From positions 1 to 64,000 of IMG/VR virus record IMGVR_UViG_3300021256_000003: DNA of 64,000 nt. The stretch is one strand, 5' to 3'. Below, piece by piece: positions 8,970-17,305 of this stretch (the stretch's first letter is position 1; each line of letters begins with the position of its first letter). Made by a program: the position numbers and the translations under genes. The stretch comes from a virus (Duplodnaviria > Heunggongvirae > Uroviricota > Caudoviricetes). The notes under the pieces were generated by a model. It saw only the letters and a list, made by a program, of their open reading frames with translations, was not told the DNA's origin and did not search any database.

Positions 8970-9638
8970 ATGAAACTTTTAATAGTTCCTGATGTTCACG
9001 GACGTGATTTCTGGATAAAACCTTGTAGAGACATTAAAAAGTATGATAAAATCATATTTCTTGGTGATTATCACGATCCGTATCCTTTTCAAGTAAGTGA
9101 ACATACATCTCGTCAACGTTTAAGAGAAGATTTAGTACCATTTGTTGAAGACAATAAGGACAAAATAATATGTTTAAAGGGTAATCACGATTGTTCTTAT
9201 ACGATAGGGATTATGGCAGATCGTCATGATCGTTATAATCATAATAAAATTAAGAACCTTCTTGAGAGAATGAATTTAAAACTATCTTACAAAATAGACA
9301 ATTTCTTATTTACTCATTCTGGTGTATTACCAGAGTGGTTAGAAAGGAATAATCTTACTTTAGAAGATGTTTTGAATGATAATATTTCTGAGCAAGCATT
9401 GTCTCAAGTATCTCCGAATCGAGGAGGATGGGATGATTGTGGAAGTTGTATTTGGGGAGATGTTAGAGAATATGCTCTTTCTCAAAAAATTTCAGGAATT
9501 TATCAAATTTTTGGACATACTATGTTATATCCAGATTTTAATCCCATTATAACAGAAGAATTTGCATGTCTTGACACAATGAATTGTTATTCGTTGGATA
9601 CTGAAATTGGATATACATCATTAACAAAAATCGATTAA
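8970..9638 (+). CDS. calcineurin-like metallophosphoesterase (Ser/Thr phosphatase-like)
   Basis: Motifs VPDVHGRD, LGDYHD and KGNHD. This is the third paralogous metallophosphoesterase in a 5 kb stretch. Confidence 0.7.
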   Translation: MKLLIVPDVHGRDFWIKPCRDIKKYDKIIFLGDYHDPYPFQVSEHTSRQRLREDLVPFVEDNKDKIICLKGNHDCSYTIGIMADRHDRYNHNKIKNLLERMNLKLSYKIDNFLFTHSGVLPEWLERNNLTLEDVLNDNISEQALSQVSPNRGGWDDCGSCIWGDVREYALSQKISGIYQIFGHTMLYPDFNPIITEEFACLDTMNCYSLDTEIGYTSLTKID

Positions 9639-9736
9639 AATTATTATAGGTTATAGATTAGTTTCTATTTCCTATACAATCCGTAAAAAGCGGTATAAAT
9701 TAATTAATTTATTAAACAACAAAAAATTTTATTAAA

Positions 9737-10480
9737 ATGGAAAAAACTAATGTTAAGAAGGGCATGGCTGCCCAGATGCTGGAAACTATGAAGAATAACT
9801 TTATGCCTAAGATCGATGACGTGGCTAAGCTTACTATCGATGGCACTGTTGTTGTACGTACCAACACTGCTAATGGCAAAGAGTACCTCGGTTTCAAGAA
9901 CGGTAACCTCATGCGCTATCCCGACGCTATGGTCCTCGAAGATGTCCCCGTCTTCACCGTGTGCAAGACCAAGGAGCAGCTCCGCAAGGGTGATATCCTG
10001 AAGGCCACTTCCTCTACCTACAGTATTGTAGACGAGATCCGCGCTGATGGTACCATCCGCAGCGTCTCCTTTGGAGGCAATGTTCGTAAGGTCATGCCTA
10101 TCGCTGACTTCTTCACTAAGCAGGCTACTGTCCGTGTGGTTGTGAACCCCTTCGCTATGGCCGGTGGTGCTATCGATGGCAACATCATGCCTATGCTGCT
10201 CCTGATGGGCAAAGATCAAGACGGTGAAGGTAACAAGCACAGCCTCGTCGAGATGATGATGGTCAGCTCTATGATCGGTGCCCAGGGCGGCAATCCCTTC
10301 AATGGCATCAATCCTATGATGCTTATGATGCTTAACCGCGACGGTAGTGATATGAGCGACATTCTTATGATGTCTATGCTCGGTCAGGGAAACATGAACT
10401 TCTTTGGAGGTTTTGGTGCTCCTGCTCCCGAGCCTGTTGACGTTCGTGAGGAAATGCACGCAGCTGGTAACGCTGAATAA
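9737..10480 (+). CDS. GC-rich, Met/Gly/Asn-rich hypothetical protein with host-like codon usage (likely very highly expressed)
   Basis: Coding GC is about 50% against roughly 30% background. The C-terminus is Met-rich and low-complexity. The antisense 251 aa ORF is an artefact of GC-richness. A strong terminator follows. Confidence 0.6.
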   Translation: MEKTNVKKGMAAQMLETMKNNFMPKIDDVAKLTIDGTVVVRTNTANGKEYLGFKNGNLMRYPDAMVLEDVPVFTVCKTKEQLRKGDILKATSSTYSIVDEIRADGTIRSVSFGGNVRKVMPIADFFTKQATVRVVVNPFAMAGGAIDGNIMPMLLLMGKDQDGEGNKHSLVEMMMVSSMIGAQGGNPFNGINPMMLMMLNRDGSDMSDILMMSMLGQGNMNFFGGFGAPAPEPVDVREEMHAAGNAE

Positions 10481-10500
10481 TTTTATTAACTAAAATGTGA

Positions 10501-10545
10501 AAAGCCCTTCTAAGTTATAATATTTAGAAGGGCTTTATTATTAGA
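10501..10545 (+). terminator. rho-independent terminator
   Basis: AAAGCCCTTCTAA-loop-TTAGAAGGGCTTT followed by ATTATT. Confidence 0.6.
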
Positions 10546-10547
10546 TT

Positions 10548-11294
10548 ATGGCTTGGTATACAGGTGCTAATAAGTGTATTTATTCTTGTTCAGGTGCAAT
10601 TGAACTCCCTTTGAAACAACGTGTATGTTTTGCAGACGCCTTTCGCTGCTTATATACTGATAGAAAAAGCACAGTTGATTATAAAATCTATATAGCTCAA
10701 TTTGATAAAGGTTCAGCTTCTAATTTTTGTACACCTGAAGAAATAAAATACACTTTAAATAAATTAAGAAGAATAGTTCCATTTTCTTTTAAACTTGACT
10801 TTGCTCCTCATACTTTTGATAGACAGCCTTACGGAGTTCTTAATCTTCACATTGAAGGAGATAAATTAACTCACAAAATGATCTTAACGTTTACTCGTTG
10901 TTTCTTTGAATATCCATCTAATGTAGCGGCTAGAGAAGCAATAGATGTATATCCGGAAATTATAAAAAGGTTAAGAGTAGGAAATTCTATTAGTTGGTTT
11001 AATGTTTTCATTACAATTGAATCGTGTTGTGTCGCAAGAGGCGGAGGACATACTTTTACGTGCTCTTATCAACCTGATTCTCCTCTGTTTACTACAGATG
11101 AAATGATTAATCGAATTCATGATAATCCAGGTATTAGTCTTAATAATTTCTTCGGATGTGGAAATGAGCGACTAAAACATGATGATTATGAATTTCCAAA
11201 TACTATGGAAAAACTTACTAACGGAAAACTAATTGAAAAACGAATTCAACATTATGTTGAATTATTAAAAACAAAATTACAATGGCTGAGATAA
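10548..11294 (+). CDS. hypothetical protein
   Basis: 248 aa ORF. Confidence 0.45.
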   Translation: MAWYTGANKCIYSCSGAIELPLKQRVCFADAFRCLYTDRKSTVDYKIYIAQFDKGSASNFCTPEEIKYTLNKLRRIVPFSFKLDFAPHTFDRQPYGVLNLHIEGDKLTHKMILTFTRCFFEYPSNVAAREAIDVYPEIIKRLRVGNSISWFNVFITIESCCVARGGGHTFTCSYQPDSPLFTTDEMINRIHDNPGISLNNFFGCGNERLKHDDYEFPNTMEKLTNGKLIEKRIQHYVELLKTKLQWLR

Positions 11295-11929
11295 AAGTTT
11301 ATGTAGTGGGTTATTCAACTAATTATGCAAATTGGATTAAAGACCACGTATTAGTTGATAAACTAGAAGATGCGAATATAGTTCTTTTTACCGGAGGCGA
11401 AGATGTAGATCCTTCTTTATATGGTCATGAAAATGTACGTTCTTATACAAATAAAGATCGTGATCTTAAAGAGAAAGCTATCTTTGAGCAAATGAGTCAG
11501 TCTCAACTTGCTTTAGGTATTTGTAGAGGATCTCAATTACTATGTTGCCTCAACGGTGGTAAACTATTCCAAGATGTGACCAATCATGCTATAGGTCGTA
11601 CTCATCAAATTACAGATGGTAGTCGTATACTAGAAATAACATCGACTCATCATCAAATGCAGTGTCCTTTTAATCTTCCTTCAAAGACATATCGCATATT
11701 ATGGACTACTCCTGAGCGTTTAAGTAGTCGTTATGCATGGGGAGGTACGGAAGATAGAATAATTCCTCCTTGTGAACCGGAGATTGTTGAGTATCATGTA
11801 AAAGACAAACCAATCAGTCTTGCTATTCAAGGGCATCCAGAGATGATGCGAATGACAAGTCCGACAATCAATGAATTAAATAAATTAGTTAGATCATGCT
11901 TAAAACACATAGAATCACAGAGTTTCTGA
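11282..11929 (+). CDS. class I glutamine amidotransferase-like / gamma-glutamyl hydrolase (peptidase C26) family
   Basis: Catalytic Cys motif LALGICRGSQLL and a C-terminal His-Glu motif IQGHPE. Confidence 0.65.
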   Translation: MAEIKVYVVGYSTNYANWIKDHVLVDKLEDANIVLFTGGEDVDPSLYGHENVRSYTNKDRDLKEKAIFEQMSQSQLALGICRGSQLLCCLNGGKLFQDVTNHAIGRTHQITDGSRILEITSTHHQMQCPFNLPSKTYRILWTTPERLSSRYAWGGTEDRIIPPCEPEIVEYHVKDKPISLAIQGHPEMMRMTSPTINELNKLVRSCLKHIESQSF

Positions 11930-12714
11930 TAGGAACTGATCCTGAATTGTTCCTTGTAAGTCAGAAAACAGGTAAAGTAAAATCAGCAGTACGAGTTATT
12001 CCTGGAACTAAAGAACATCCCCATAAGATTAAAGAATTTGGTGATGGATTTGCTGTACAGACTGATAATATTTTGGCAGAGTTTAATGTTCCGCCAGTTA
12101 ATTCCCAAGAAGCATTCGTTCATAATATTATGAGAATGCAACAACACATTAAAGAAATGGCACAAGCGAAGAATCCTGACTTAGATATTAAGTGTATGGC
12201 TAGTGCGCATGTACCGAAGAGCGAATTACGCAGCAAACAAGCAAAATTGTTTGGCTGTGATCCTGACTACAATATCTATACTGGTGAACAAAATGAAATA
12301 CAGCGTATTCCTGAGAGTGATTTACGTTCAGCTGGATTTCATTTGCATCTAGGATATAACAATAATAATATAGATAATTCAATGAATATATTGTTTTATC
12401 TTGACTTTTATTTAGGAGTTCCTAGTGTACTTATTGATCCCGATACTGAAAGAAGATCACTCTATGGTAAAGCTGGATGTTTCCGACTTACTTCTTATGG
12501 TCTTGAATATCGTAGTCTTTCATCATATATGATGAAAGATGAAAAACATTTAAGATGGATTTGGGATCAAACTATACAAGCAATACAGGCTTATAATCAT
12601 GGTGTAGCACTTCCTGAAGCTAGACATGTTGTTAATTGTATTAATAATAATGATCAAAAGTTAGCTCGAGATCTCTGCAAATATTATAAACTATGTGTGG
12701 ATTGTTTGGAATAG
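11896..12714 (+). CDS. carboxylate-amine ligase, GCS2 (YbdK-like) family
   Basis: N-terminal LIGTDPELFLV (GxExEFxLV-like) and AGFHLHLGY (GxHVHVG-like). Confidence 0.5.
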   Translation: MLKTHRITEFLIGTDPELFLVSQKTGKVKSAVRVIPGTKEHPHKIKEFGDGFAVQTDNILAEFNVPPVNSQEAFVHNIMRMQQHIKEMAQAKNPDLDIKCMASAHVPKSELRSKQAKLFGCDPDYNIYTGEQNEIQRIPESDLRSAGFHLHLGYNNNNIDNSMNILFYLDFYLGVPSVLIDPDTERRSLYGKAGCFRLTSYGLEYRSLSSYMMKDEKHLRWIWDQTIQAIQAYNHGVALPEARHVVNCINNNDQKLARDLCKYYKLCVDCLE

Positions 12715-13949
12715 TAAGTTCTTCTCCAAGAACTTTAGATTTAAGAGCGTTTTGTACGCTCGGTGTTATGAATGATTCTAGAGGAGGTGATTCTTGTGGT
12801 ATCTCTCTCGATGGTAATATTGAATATGGTTTTGGTAAAGAAAGTGCTCTTTTTATCGATTTTATGAGAGTTTCCAAAACATTATTTAAACGGAATCGAA
12901 TCAAAGTAGCATTAGGACATTGTCGTAAAGCTTCTGTCGGAGGAGTTACCCTAGAGAAAGCACAGCCAGTTAAAGTCTTTGATAAAGATGGAAATCTTAG
13001 TATGATCGTTATTCATAATGGAACTATTCATAATTATCAAGACTTAGCCGATAGGTATCTTCCTGGAGAAGATATTTCTGATTTATCTGATTCTCAAGTT
13101 ATGGCTCGGATTTTTCAGAAAGGTCATTATTCGGTGTTGAAAGAATATCGAGGTGGTGGAGCTTTTGTTATTCATGACTTAAAGAAAAATACTGTTTATC
13201 TGTTTAAAGGAGCATCTAAAGCTACTGAATATGCTAAAGAAATTACTGAAGAAAGACCTCTTTTCTGTTGCTATGATAAAGATGCTTTTATTTTTAGTTC
13301 TTTAGCGTATCCATTAGTTGGATTATATCCTAAGAACAAAATCTATCGTATTCCTTGTAATACTCTTTATAAAGTTCATAATGGTAGACTTGTTAAACTT
13401 GAGGTTTTAGATAGGTCTGAATGTTTGCAAAGTAAACCTACAGTTGTAACTGTTAATTCTTATTCTGGCTTCTATCAAGACAGATATATTGATTTTAATG
13501 TTAAAACTGGACGTTATAAGTTAGGAAAGAATTATCTTACCGGAGAACAATTCTTTTCTGACTATGGATATCATTATGATATAAAGAGTCAATGGGCTAA
13601 TTCTTATTGGTTCTGGGGAGGATATATGCTTCCTGGACAGAAATCTTATGAAGCTGTACTTAAATATAGTACAGAGTGCAAGGATCCTCAAAAGGCATTA
13701 CAACTTGCAAAAGCATTAACTTATCTTCCATTTGATGAAAAGGGGTGCTGGATGGAATCCTATGAAGATGGTTCTTTTCATGTTGTAAAAGACAATAAGG
13801 TATCATTTCCTTTGAGTAGGAACGAACTGCATATTAAGAATGGTAGAGCTGTTATGACTTCATATTTGAGTACAATGGATGCTACTGTTTTTAATGATTT
13901 ATCTGATGATATGATTCAAAAAATTGTAAACAATGTATGCCGTAAATGA
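12693..13949 (+). CDS. class II (Ntn) glutamine amidotransferase domain protein
   Basis: N-terminal MCGLFG nucleophile and NDSRGGDSCG, corresponding to HRGPDxxG. Confidence 0.65.
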   Translation: MCGLFGIVSSSPRTLDLRAFCTLGVMNDSRGGDSCGISLDGNIEYGFGKESALFIDFMRVSKTLFKRNRIKVALGHCRKASVGGVTLEKAQPVKVFDKDGNLSMIVIHNGTIHNYQDLADRYLPGEDISDLSDSQVMARIFQKGHYSVLKEYRGGGAFVIHDLKKNTVYLFKGASKATEYAKEITEERPLFCCYDKDAFIFSSLAYPLVGLYPKNKIYRIPCNTLYKVHNGRLVKLEVLDRSECLQSKPTVVTVNSYSGFYQDRYIDFNVKTGRYKLGKNYLTGEQFFSDYGYHYDIKSQWANSYWFWGGYMLPGQKSYEAVLKYSTECKDPQKALQLAKALTYLPFDEKGCWMESYEDGSFHVVKDNKVSFPLSRNELHIKNGRAVMTSYLSTMDATVFNDLSDDMIQKIVNNVCRK

Positions 13950-15141
13950 ACTTACAAGAAGATTTGAAGATTATTCAAGTTTAGTTAGATGTGCTGTGGC
14001 ATATGAGAATGGTATTATAGAATTTGGCTACGTTAATCCGAAAGAGAACTTATGTGTGTATTGCTATGATGATCATGGAAAGTTTTTAGCTAGATATAAT
14101 TCTTTAAAAGACTGTTTGAACTTTAATAGAGAATATGGTATATATACTTTTGATAAGGTTCCTAATGCAAACATTTATGCTGCTGGAAATTTTCCATATA
14201 CTTTTACTAAATACTATAATACTCGATTTTTGAGTGATACTTTTCAGAAATGGCAAGAAAATTACCATAGCATTCAGTTTAAATATGCTGACGAAATGCC
14301 TTATACTTTTGGGTTAGAATTTGAGACTAGTGGAGGATATATTCCAGAGCATGAACTATTTAATTTAGGATTAATTCCTTTAAGAGACGGTTCTATTAGA
14401 GGTCTTGAATATTCTACAATTGTATTAAAGGGGCAACAAGGATTAAACACTCTATACGAAATGACTAAATGTTTGCGTAAATATACAATCTTTGATAAAG
14501 AGTGTTCGTTACACATTCATTTAGGCAATTGGAAACTTGATGAATCTACTATTTTAAAGCTGAATAATTTATTTAGTTCAGCTTCTTTAGGACAATATCT
14601 CCCAAGAGATACTTATAATACTGAACGATATAAAGCAACTGGTAAGAGCTATTGTAAGAAGAATGCTAGCTACAGTACTTTTAATGATTTGTATCGTTCT
14701 TTAGTAGGTAGATCTTATTATGGAGATCTGTATCAACCTCATCCTGATGATACTAATGGAACTAGAAAATGGAATATTCATTCAAGATATAAGGCATTGA
14801 ATCTTATAAATGCTTTATGTTACAATTTTGGTAAAACTGCAGAATTTAGAATATTGAGGCCGACTTATAATTTTGATAAAATTATTTGTTGGTTATATGT
14901 TTTCGCTGCGTTTATCAAATATGCCGAAAATGGATATCGAGTGACTACTTCTGTTGATAAGATTCTTGAAAGAGTTTACTCTCCAGAACTTGCTACTATT
15001 CTTAAACAGTTCTTAAAATTAGAACAAGAGGTAGTAGATAAGCAAACAAATAACGGAGACTATATTGGTGCAGATATTTCATTAGAAGACTCAATTATCA
15101 CTAAAGAGAACTTATCTCCTGATAACAATTTCTTCTATTAA
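13933..15141 (+). CDS. hypothetical protein, co-operonic with the amidotransferase/ligase genes
   Basis: 402 aa ORF whose start overlaps the upstream gene. Confidence 0.5.
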   Translation: MYAVNELTRRFEDYSSLVRCAVAYENGIIEFGYVNPKENLCVYCYDDHGKFLARYNSLKDCLNFNREYGIYTFDKVPNANIYAAGNFPYTFTKYYNTRFLSDTFQKWQENYHSIQFKYADEMPYTFGLEFETSGGYIPEHELFNLGLIPLRDGSIRGLEYSTIVLKGQQGLNTLYEMTKCLRKYTIFDKECSLHIHLGNWKLDESTILKLNNLFSSASLGQYLPRDTYNTERYKATGKSYCKKNASYSTFNDLYRSLVGRSYYGDLYQPHPDDTNGTRKWNIHSRYKALNLINALCYNFGKTAEFRILRPTYNFDKIICWLYVFAAFIKYAENGYRVTTSVDKILERVYSPELATILKQFLKLEQEVVDKQTNNGDYIGADISLEDSIITKENLSPDNNFFY

Positions 15142-15260
15142 TAATATATAGTTAGAAAAAATGTTAAATTTATTTTGATATTTTTTATAAAATAACTATG
15201 TTATTATTAACAACTAAAACCGTTGAAATTGTCGCATGTTACTAGACGATTTAATTGTAA

Positions 15261-15306
15261 AGGAGAACTATAAGTGTATAATTACATAAAGTAGTTCTCC
15301 TTTATA
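15261..15306 (+). terminator. rho-independent terminator
   Basis: AGGAGAACTA-loop-TAGTTCTCCT followed by TTTAT. Confidence 0.5.
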
Positions 15307-15338
15307 TTATTATTTAACCTTCTAATATAAATTATAAT

Positions 15339-15683
15339 ATGAAATCATACATAATTTTCTTAGATGATATAAGAGATCCTGATTCTAATTATGGTATTTC
15401 AACGGTTACAAATAGAAATGAAATTATAGTTATTAGAAATTCTAATGAATTTGAAGCATTTCTTAAAAATGCAATTAATAACCATTTAAAAATAACTCAA
15501 GTTATGTTTGACCATGATTTAGGGTTAAATTCAAAAGATGGTTATGAATGCTTAAAATGGATGCTTAATTATATGAAGGATAATTCATATCCAATACCTT
15601 TAGTTACTTGTCATTCGAGTAATCCAGTAGGACGAGATAATATATTATCCTACTATAATAACTTTAAAAAATATAATACTTAA
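15339..15683 (+). CDS. hypothetical protein (weak receiver-domain-like pattern)
   Basis: 114 aa with an IIFLDD...D..G pattern; weak evidence. Confidence 0.35.
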   Translation: MKSYIIFLDDIRDPDSNYGISTVTNRNEIIVIRNSNEFEAFLKNAINNHLKITQVMFDHDLGLNSKDGYECLKWMLNYMKDNSYPIPLVTCHSSNPVGRDNILSYYNNFKKYNT

Positions 15684-15687
15684 TATT

Positions 15688-16155
15688 ATGCTTAAAGATA
15701 CAATTGATAATGATATACAATCTGCAATCAAATCTAATGCTGAAGAGTATAAAATTAATACTTTGCGTGCTATTAAGACCGAGCTTTTAAATACAGAGAA
15801 AGGTATTGGAGGCAAAAAGCCAACTACAATTACTGATGTTATTGAAGTTAGTGTCCTTAATAAAATGTGCAAGGAGCGTAAAGAAAGTGCTGACCAATAT
15901 CGAAAAGGTGGAAGAGAAGATCTAGCTATTAATGAAGAGAAAGAAATTTCTATTATTAAAACTTATCTTCCAGAAATGCCTTCTGATGTGGAAGTTATAA
16001 GTTATATATCATCGTGTATAGAAAATTTAGCAAAAGAGCATCAAATTTCTTCTCGCGATACTGGTACTATTTTGAAATCTGTTAAAGAAAAGTATCCATT
16101 TATTAATGGAAAATTAGTTTCAGATACTATTGCAGCTTACGTTAAATCTCACTAA
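15688..16155 (+). CDS. GatB/YqeY domain protein
   Basis: ESADQYRKGGREDLAINEEKEISIIKTYLPEMPS...GKLVSD closely matches the YqeY/GatB C-terminal domain consensus. Confidence 0.75.
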   Translation: MLKDTIDNDIQSAIKSNAEEYKINTLRAIKTELLNTEKGIGGKKPTTITDVIEVSVLNKMCKERKESADQYRKGGREDLAINEEKEISIIKTYLPEMPSDVEVISYISSCIENLAKEHQISSRDTGTILKSVKEKYPFINGKLVSDTIAAYVKSH

Positions 16156-16408
16156 TATGTTATATGTTTTATTATATGTAATAGGAGTAATAATTACTCT
16201 ATTCTTATTAAAGAAATATATGCCATATAAAGAAGGAGATTATGAAATTGATGACGTTACACACATTGCTTTTCCGATAGATAAAGAAATGCACAAAACT
16301 AATCAGATAGCTCAAGCATTATTTTGGCCATTTGTTTTAGGATTATTAATTACATTATATCCAATACATTTATTGGATCATTTTTATGATAAGATTCCTA
16401 ATAAATAG
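16130..16408 (+). CDS. small membrane protein
   Basis: 92 aa with two TM helices. Confidence 0.35.
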   Translation: MQLTLNLTNMLYVLLYVIGVIITLFLLKKYMPYKEGDYEIDDVTHIAFPIDKEMHKTNQIAQALFWPFVLGLLITLYPIHLLDHFYDKIPNK

Positions 16409-16439
16409 ATAAATTAAAAATAACTTAAATAAATAAAAT

Positions 16440-16955
16440 ATGTCTATCTTTCTTCTTGTACTTTCAGTTGTTTTATTCTTTTTCTTAGGAATAATCCTAA
16501 TCCGAAATAATTATGTCAATCAATTGCATAAAGATTCAATGAATATTGCATTTGATATTCTTGAAATGATTAGCAGGGATAATGTTGAATTATCTGATGA
16601 AATGCTTGAACTTCAAGCATCTAAACTTGCAGGAATGATTGAGGTTTGTTTACCAACACATCAATGGTTAGGTGAGAAAGAACCTCTTGCAATCTTTGTG
16701 TTAGGTTTTGACTTTGAGGTTGAGCAATTGATTAATGGAAATCCTCTTATTAGAGAACTAAAACATACTATTACTGAAATAGAAGATTCTATGAATTTTG
16801 CAGATGAATCTGATAATTTAGGTGGTATATATGTTTTGGAAATTTCAAGACAACAAGCTGGTTCTTTGTATGATATATTGAAAAAACTTCCTAATCCTTC
16901 AAAAAATATAAAGAAAATTCTTTCAAAACTTAAAACTATTATATATAACAAGTAA
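16440..16955 (+). CDS. membrane-anchored hypothetical protein
   Basis: 171 aa with an N-terminal TM helix. Confidence 0.4.
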   Translation: MSIFLLVLSVVLFFFLGIILIRNNYVNQLHKDSMNIAFDILEMISRDNVELSDEMLELQASKLAGMIEVCLPTHQWLGEKEPLAIFVLGFDFEVEQLINGNPLIRELKHTITEIEDSMNFADESDNLGGIYVLEISRQQAGSLYDILKKLPNPSKNIKKILSKLKTIIYNK

Positions 16956-16966
16956 TCTTGTTATTT

Positions 16967-17048
16967 GCAGGCATGGCGTAATTGGTAGCCGCGCAAGAAT
17001 TAGAATCTTGTTCTGAGAGGAGTGGGGGTTCGAGTCCCCCTGCCTGCA
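16967..17048 (+). tRNA. tRNA-Leu (anticodon TAG), class II
   Basis: Acceptor GCAGGCA/TGCCTGC, anticodon stem CAAGA/TCTTG with loop ATTAGAA, long variable arm, T arm GGGGG-TTCGAGT-CCCCC. Confidence 0.8.
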
Positions 17049-17146
17049 CATTACTATCATGAAGAATGGTTCGTCTGCACAAACAGGGGAGTAGTAAAAT
17101 TCTGCGGTAATGATATCCCTAATTTAACCCATTAGGGATTAATATG

Positions 17147-17229
17147 TCGAGTTGCTAGAGTGGTCGAATAGGGTAGTCTGCAAAACTATCGGTGAATAGC
17201 CCACATTGGTTCGAATCCAATACTCGACT
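17147..17229 (+). tRNA. class II (Ser-like) tRNA with anticodon GCA (Cys codons); isotype uncertain
   Basis: Acceptor GTCGAGT/ACTCGAC, 3-bp D stem with Ser-like D loop AGTGGTCGAA, anticodon stem GTAGT/ACTAT with loop CTGCAAA, 15-nt variable arm, T arm ATTGG-TTCGAAT-CCAAT. Confidence 0.6.
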
Positions 17230-17305
17230 CTCAGTAAGACTGTTGTAGATAATTAATTAGATTAGATTAAATTTAACTTTTAATTAATTAAAAAAAATAA
17301 ATCAA

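Noticed and set aside
9704-10459. 251-aa minus-strand ORF (His-rich) antisense to 9737-10480
   Set aside because: It is an artefact of the GC-rich plus-strand gene. The translation is low-complexity nonsense, and the plus-strand gene has a start context, a protein-like sequence and a downstream terminator.
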